Below, one piece after another: positions 59,361-64,000 of a DNA stretch of 64,000 nucleotides (the first letter of the stretch is position 1; each line of letters starts with the position of its first letter). The notes beneath the pieces were generated by a model. That model searched no databases. It worked only from the letters and a program-made list of their open reading frames with translations, and was not told the DNA's origin. A program made the translations under genes and the position numbers. The stretch comes from Lama guanicoe (lineage: Eukaryota): positions 11,119,815 to 11,183,814 of the forward strand of contig MU054323.1 in assembly GCA_013239625.1 (NCBI GenBank), in the 5' to 3' direction.

Positions 59361-60579
59361 ATCTACAAAAAGCCACAAAGAAGAGAGTGAACATCACCTC
59401 AGCTCCTATCCCCTGGAGCTGACTACTTTTGATTTTGAGGGAAGCAAGCCGGAGGAAACATGGGTGTGGGCTGTGGGGGCCCGTCAATGAGTAAGAACAC
59501 TGGTGTCTACACCTGTCAAGGGGCATCAGCTGGGGTGCTCCAAGTGTCCCAAACCAGAAGAGATCCTTACCCCACTGTCCTACCTCAGGAACCAGGTTTT
59601 TTAGATGTGTGTGGCACTGCTTGTTCCTGCCTCCTAGGATCTCAAAGATGCCAGAAAAAGCAAACATTTAGGTAGCACTTTCAGCCTGCAGGACAAGACT
59701 CCAGGAGAACTGAACTGGAGAATGTGAAAGTGGTGGTGGATGGAGAGGTGTGGGAGATTCTACCATGACTCCAGGGCACTGGTGCACTGTCTCTGCTCAC
59801 CAACCACCAGCACGGAAGGCTGAGCTGAATCCAGAACTTCCCCTGAGCAGAGAGCCTTGGGTGACTTGACCAAAAGTAGTGATAAGGGGTTGGAAACTCA
59901 GTTGTCTAGTAACGTGAAGAGGACAACCATCAGAGGGAAAAAGTAGGGGAAGGATTTGAGATGGATCCTAGGAATGGAAAAATGCAAGAAGCCCCTTGTG
60001 CTCCATCTTTCTCACACTGCCTGGAGTTAGCCAACTGTTCCGAAGGATTGGTTCCCTCCAGTTTTTCACTGAGCACTGTGGTTTGAGTTCATTGGAATAG
60101 TAAGTCAGATCAAGAGCCCCAGACTTCCTCTTGTTGGAGCCACAGAGAGAAAGAAAAAAAAAAATCTTTGAATCATTTAACACAGCCATTCACCACACAG
60201 CCAAACTTCATAAAAATCTCCTTTAAATGACTCTGTTGTTTCTCCAAAGTCCCTTGCCAATTCTCATTACTGTCCCCAGAAATTCAGCTCTGGCCTTCAG
60301 CTTAGAAACCCAGCTCAACCATGGAGTTAGCCAGCCCTGCCCACCTTTGAAAACAAGTCAGTGGTTACACCGTAACCAGTGTGCCCTTGAAGCTTCACAC
60401 CTACGCACATGCCTGCCAAGTATTCACCCAACAAAGCACATTTCTTTCTAGGCAGGATGTGGCAAACATTGTTGGTGCCTATTTGGCCATCATTCCCCAG
60501 ATTTCCTGGCCAAAAGAAATGTTCCCGAGCTCTGGCAATGAATTGGGATTGGTCCAAGTTAGTGGCTTCCAACCTTCAT

Positions 60580-61250
60580 TTTTAAAATAAACTTTGGTTT
60601 TTTTCCCCCTTAGAGAAGTCGTAGGTTCAAAGCAAAATTGAATGGAAGGTATAGAGATTTCCCGTATACCCTCTGCCCTCCACATGCACAGTCTCCTCCA
60701 TTATCAATATCGCCCACCAGAGTGGTATACACGATACCAAGGATGAACCTACATGGATGCACCATTATTATCCAAAGTCCATAGTTTACATTAGGGTTCA
60801 CTCCAGGTAGTGTACAGTCTATGGGTTTGGACAAATGTATAACAACATGTATGCATCATTATAATATCATACAGAGTATTTTCACTGCCCTAAAAATCCT
60901 CTGAGTTCTGACTACTCATCCATCCCTCCCTGCTAACCCCTGGAAATCAGTGATCTTTTTACTGTCTCCATAGTTTTGCTTCTTCCAGAATGTTATATAG
61001 TTAGACTTACGTAATAGGTAGCCTTTTCAGATGGGTTTCTTTCACTTTAGCAATCTGCATTTAAGTTTCCTCCATGTCTATTCATGGCTTGATTGGCGCA
61101 TTTCCTTTTAGCACCGAATAATACTTCATTGTCTGGATGTACCACAGTTTATTTATCCGTTCACCTACTGAAGGACATCCCGCTTGCACCCAAGTTTTGG
61201 CAATTAAAAATAAAACTACTATAAACATCCACGTGCAGGTGTTTGTGCTG
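60580..61250 (-). mobile_element. L1M 3' end
   Basis: caaagtccatagtttacattagggttcactc, tatgggtttggacaaatgtat and cacctactgaaggacatc. Confidence 0.9.
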
Positions 61251-61489
61251 ATCAACCTTTAAAAACGTATCATTTTTATTCCCCTAGGGAGGTTTTTAAG
61301 ACATTTTTTTTCCTACTTGCCTCCAGTGAAATTTTAATACTACAGACACATAGTATGTGTTTATATGTTGTATGTATAACTATGCTTTATATATAAAAAG
61401 AGTAAGATTTTTTGCTCCCTCTCCAACAGCCACTAAGAATAAAATTTTATCCCTTGATGGTGATATCGGCCCCAGTGAGAACAGTCGTA

Positions 61490-61870
61490 GTCAACAAAGA
61501 CCTGCTTTTGCCAGTGATTGGGGTGGACATCTGATCCAGTTCTGGCCAATGAAACATAAAGGAATCCTGTTTGGGAAAGACTTTCCTCCTTGATCAAATA
61601 GAGATGTGAAGAGAAATGACCTTTAGCCTCATCCACTTGCAATTATGGTCTCTTATATGGGGATTTGCCGCTTGGGACTGTGGCCACCATCTTGTAACCA
61701 TGAGAGTGACAGAAAGAAAGCAAAGGGAAGCCCAGGTCCTGCTGGAATCTTTGGGCCAATAAGCAACAGTAACCACTGCCTACTTCCAGACTTCTTGTTA
61801 AATGCGATAGTAAAGGTCTCTATGCCTTGAGTCACTATCAGCAAGATGTTCTGAGACTTGCAGCTTTAAG
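61490..61870 (+). mobile_element. Old MLT1 (J/K-like) LTR
   Basis: ccagttctggccaatga, gccaccatcttgtaaccatgag and tacttccagacttcttgtt. Confidence 0.7.
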
Positions 61871-62899
61871 TTACTCAGCTCCTAAATGGTAAATGGGGTT
61901 TCTCTTGCTAAGAAGCTTTTTCTCCCTATAGCACATTTTACTGGGGCGGGCTTGAGCAAGAAAGGCAGAAAGGAGGTTAGTTTGGTGGGATTGCAAGCAT
62001 TTGGATGTTACTAAGGGATGTGGTTCATCTCAGAAAATGGGAGCCATGCTGGAAAGCTGGCCTCTGCAACCACCCATGAGCTCTCCTTCGGGCCAATGGC
62101 CCACCATAAAGTGCTAGGATTTGCCTGAACCCTTTTTTCACATAAAATCAAGGAGAGACAAAGACAGCCGTTTGCAAGTGCAAAGTGTTTTTCTGAGCGT
62201 GCTTTCCCCAGAACGAAAGTGCTTCTGTTCTCACTCTCTGCGTGTCGTACTCAGTGAGTCAGGGTCCTGAGCGCGTGCACTCCCTCCACAGAAAACCCCA
62301 TGTGGCGCTCTCCTGACCCTGCTCTCTCTGGCCCATCAGGTGTCCAGAGTGGGGATAGGGGGGCTGAGGTGCGGCACAGGCCACCAGTCTTGTAGCTGGC
62401 TCTTGCACCGCAAGCCCACTCCCTGCCCTGAGTTTGTGTAGCAGGTATTCTGAGAGGTGAAGCAGACCTGGAGAGTGAGCACAAGTCCCACCATATTTAT
62501 AGAATGAGGGGACTGGGGCCCAGAGAGACAAACACAGGAAGTTAGGGGTCCAAACACTCACTTCCCAAGAGGTCAAGGATGATGGATAACAGAGCAAGAT
62601 GTTGTTGTTTGTAGTCCTGGGAGCAGAGCCCTCGTCTCCTGACCCCCAGCCTGGCGGCCGTGCCCAGTACCCTGGGGCTGTAGCTGATCTGTTCTGGCAT
62701 GTCTTGAACTGTCATTTATATCTGCTGTCATTTAACTGTTCACTTGTTTATAGCTTTTTGTCCCAACGGAATTGTGAACTTCTCAGAAGCTTGGTCTTGA
62801 CATGCCTGTCTTGGGACACCCTCATGGCACGTGTAGCTCTCAGCATGATGCTCGCTACACACCCACCAGTCAGTCAGCTTGCTTTCTGAGAAGCTCGTG

Positions 62900-63481
62900 T
62901 AGTGAAGAGACCAGAAGTAATGTCATGGGCTAGTGAGATGTTTGGGGAACTTTGGTACCTCGTTCTGCATTCTTTTATATGATGGACAGTCAGATGTGGC
63001 TAAAGAGGAGACAAAGGAGAGGCTCAGGAAAAAACAATGTTTCTTATGCTCACAGAGGCTAGAGACAGGAGGCCTGGGGCTCCACGCAGGGTCATGTGGG
63101 GAAGACGCCAGGGTGATCAGGATGCCAAAGACAGGAGTGAGCAGAAGCATTTAAACTATGGCCTTTATTGGGGATTTTGTGGGAAAGGCAGGGCAGGGCA
63201 GGGGGAACAGCCTAGGACTGACTAGTTAGAATAACTTCAGTGGGCTTTGGGCTATCGGAGTGGTGTACAGTTTCCTGGTACCTGGACCCGGGATGATTGA
63301 GACAGAGGAATATTGCCCTCTGGAGTGGATGGGCCAGGTAGAAGCTGTGTGGCTCTGGATTGGGTAATTTGCATATCAAAGGCGTGTGTCTTGCGAGTCC
63401 TTTGCTGTTCCTAAGAAATGGCTAGCCCCAGGAGGAGAATCCCAGCAAGGTTTCTTAAGATGTCAAGTGTAATAATATACA
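62900..63481 (-). mobile_element. ERVL LTR, MER54/MER74-like
   Basis: ggctctggattgggtaatttgcatatcaaaggc, cctttgct...ctaagaaatggctagccc and aagatgtcaa. Confidence 0.7.
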
Positions 63482-64000
63482 TATATATATGAAGTATTTT
63501 TATATATGTATAGACATAGACATGTGTATCTATCTGTATATGTATACATACACACAAGATGTATTTAAATCACTCCAGATCACTAAGTGGGAATGTCCAC
63601 AGTACCCCAGAATTTGGGTCTCCTGCCTCATCCATTGGTTGGAAATGATGCTATGTATTTATATAAGTATCAGAATCATATGATTCCAGGTCTAGAAAGT
63701 GCTCTAGGTATTCTGACATACTCAAATCTCCTCCTGTAAATACTTCCTTTGAAGCAATCTCCCATTTAGTCAAAGGAGAAGCTGAGGAAGAGGGAGGGTC
63801 TTGAGATGTTGCCTTGAATCTGAGTCGAGCGCCCTGTCCCACTGCTCCGGGTCTGCCCTGTGGCATCACTGGAGTCTCTCTTCTCAGCAGCTTGTCCTCG
63901 GGCTTCTGTTTGTGTGGCTGCCATGATGGGCACTGAGCAAAGTAAGCTACAAGCGTGCTGCTTTCCGTTCTCTGGGCGTTAACAGTGCAAGATGGATCAG

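Overview
Mammalian genomic DNA, very probably from a camelid, because it carries a vic-1-type tRNA-derived SINE at ~51.3 kb. The only protein-coding sequence I can support is the last exon of LBH (limb bud and heart development) on the + strand. The window holds intron sequence at 1-12457, 62 codons plus stop at 12458-12646, and a ~2.4 kb 3' UTR with AATAAA at 15017. The remaining ~49 kb is intergenic and rich in decayed transposons (L1, L2, MIR, hAT, Tigger, MaLR/ERV LTRs), with a few repeat-free islands containing transcription-factor motif clusters. None of the ORF-track ORFs looks real. The most unusual object is a ~350 bp TSD-flanked retroposon at 47091-47443, made of an L1 5' end joined directly to an L1 3' end. 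It is probably a spliced L1 or a member of a non-autonomous family, and a second L1 3' copy at 9.5 kb begins at the same junction nucleotide. Repeat family names come from recalled consensus sequences and no search was run. Repeat boundaries without TSD/TIR support are approximate.
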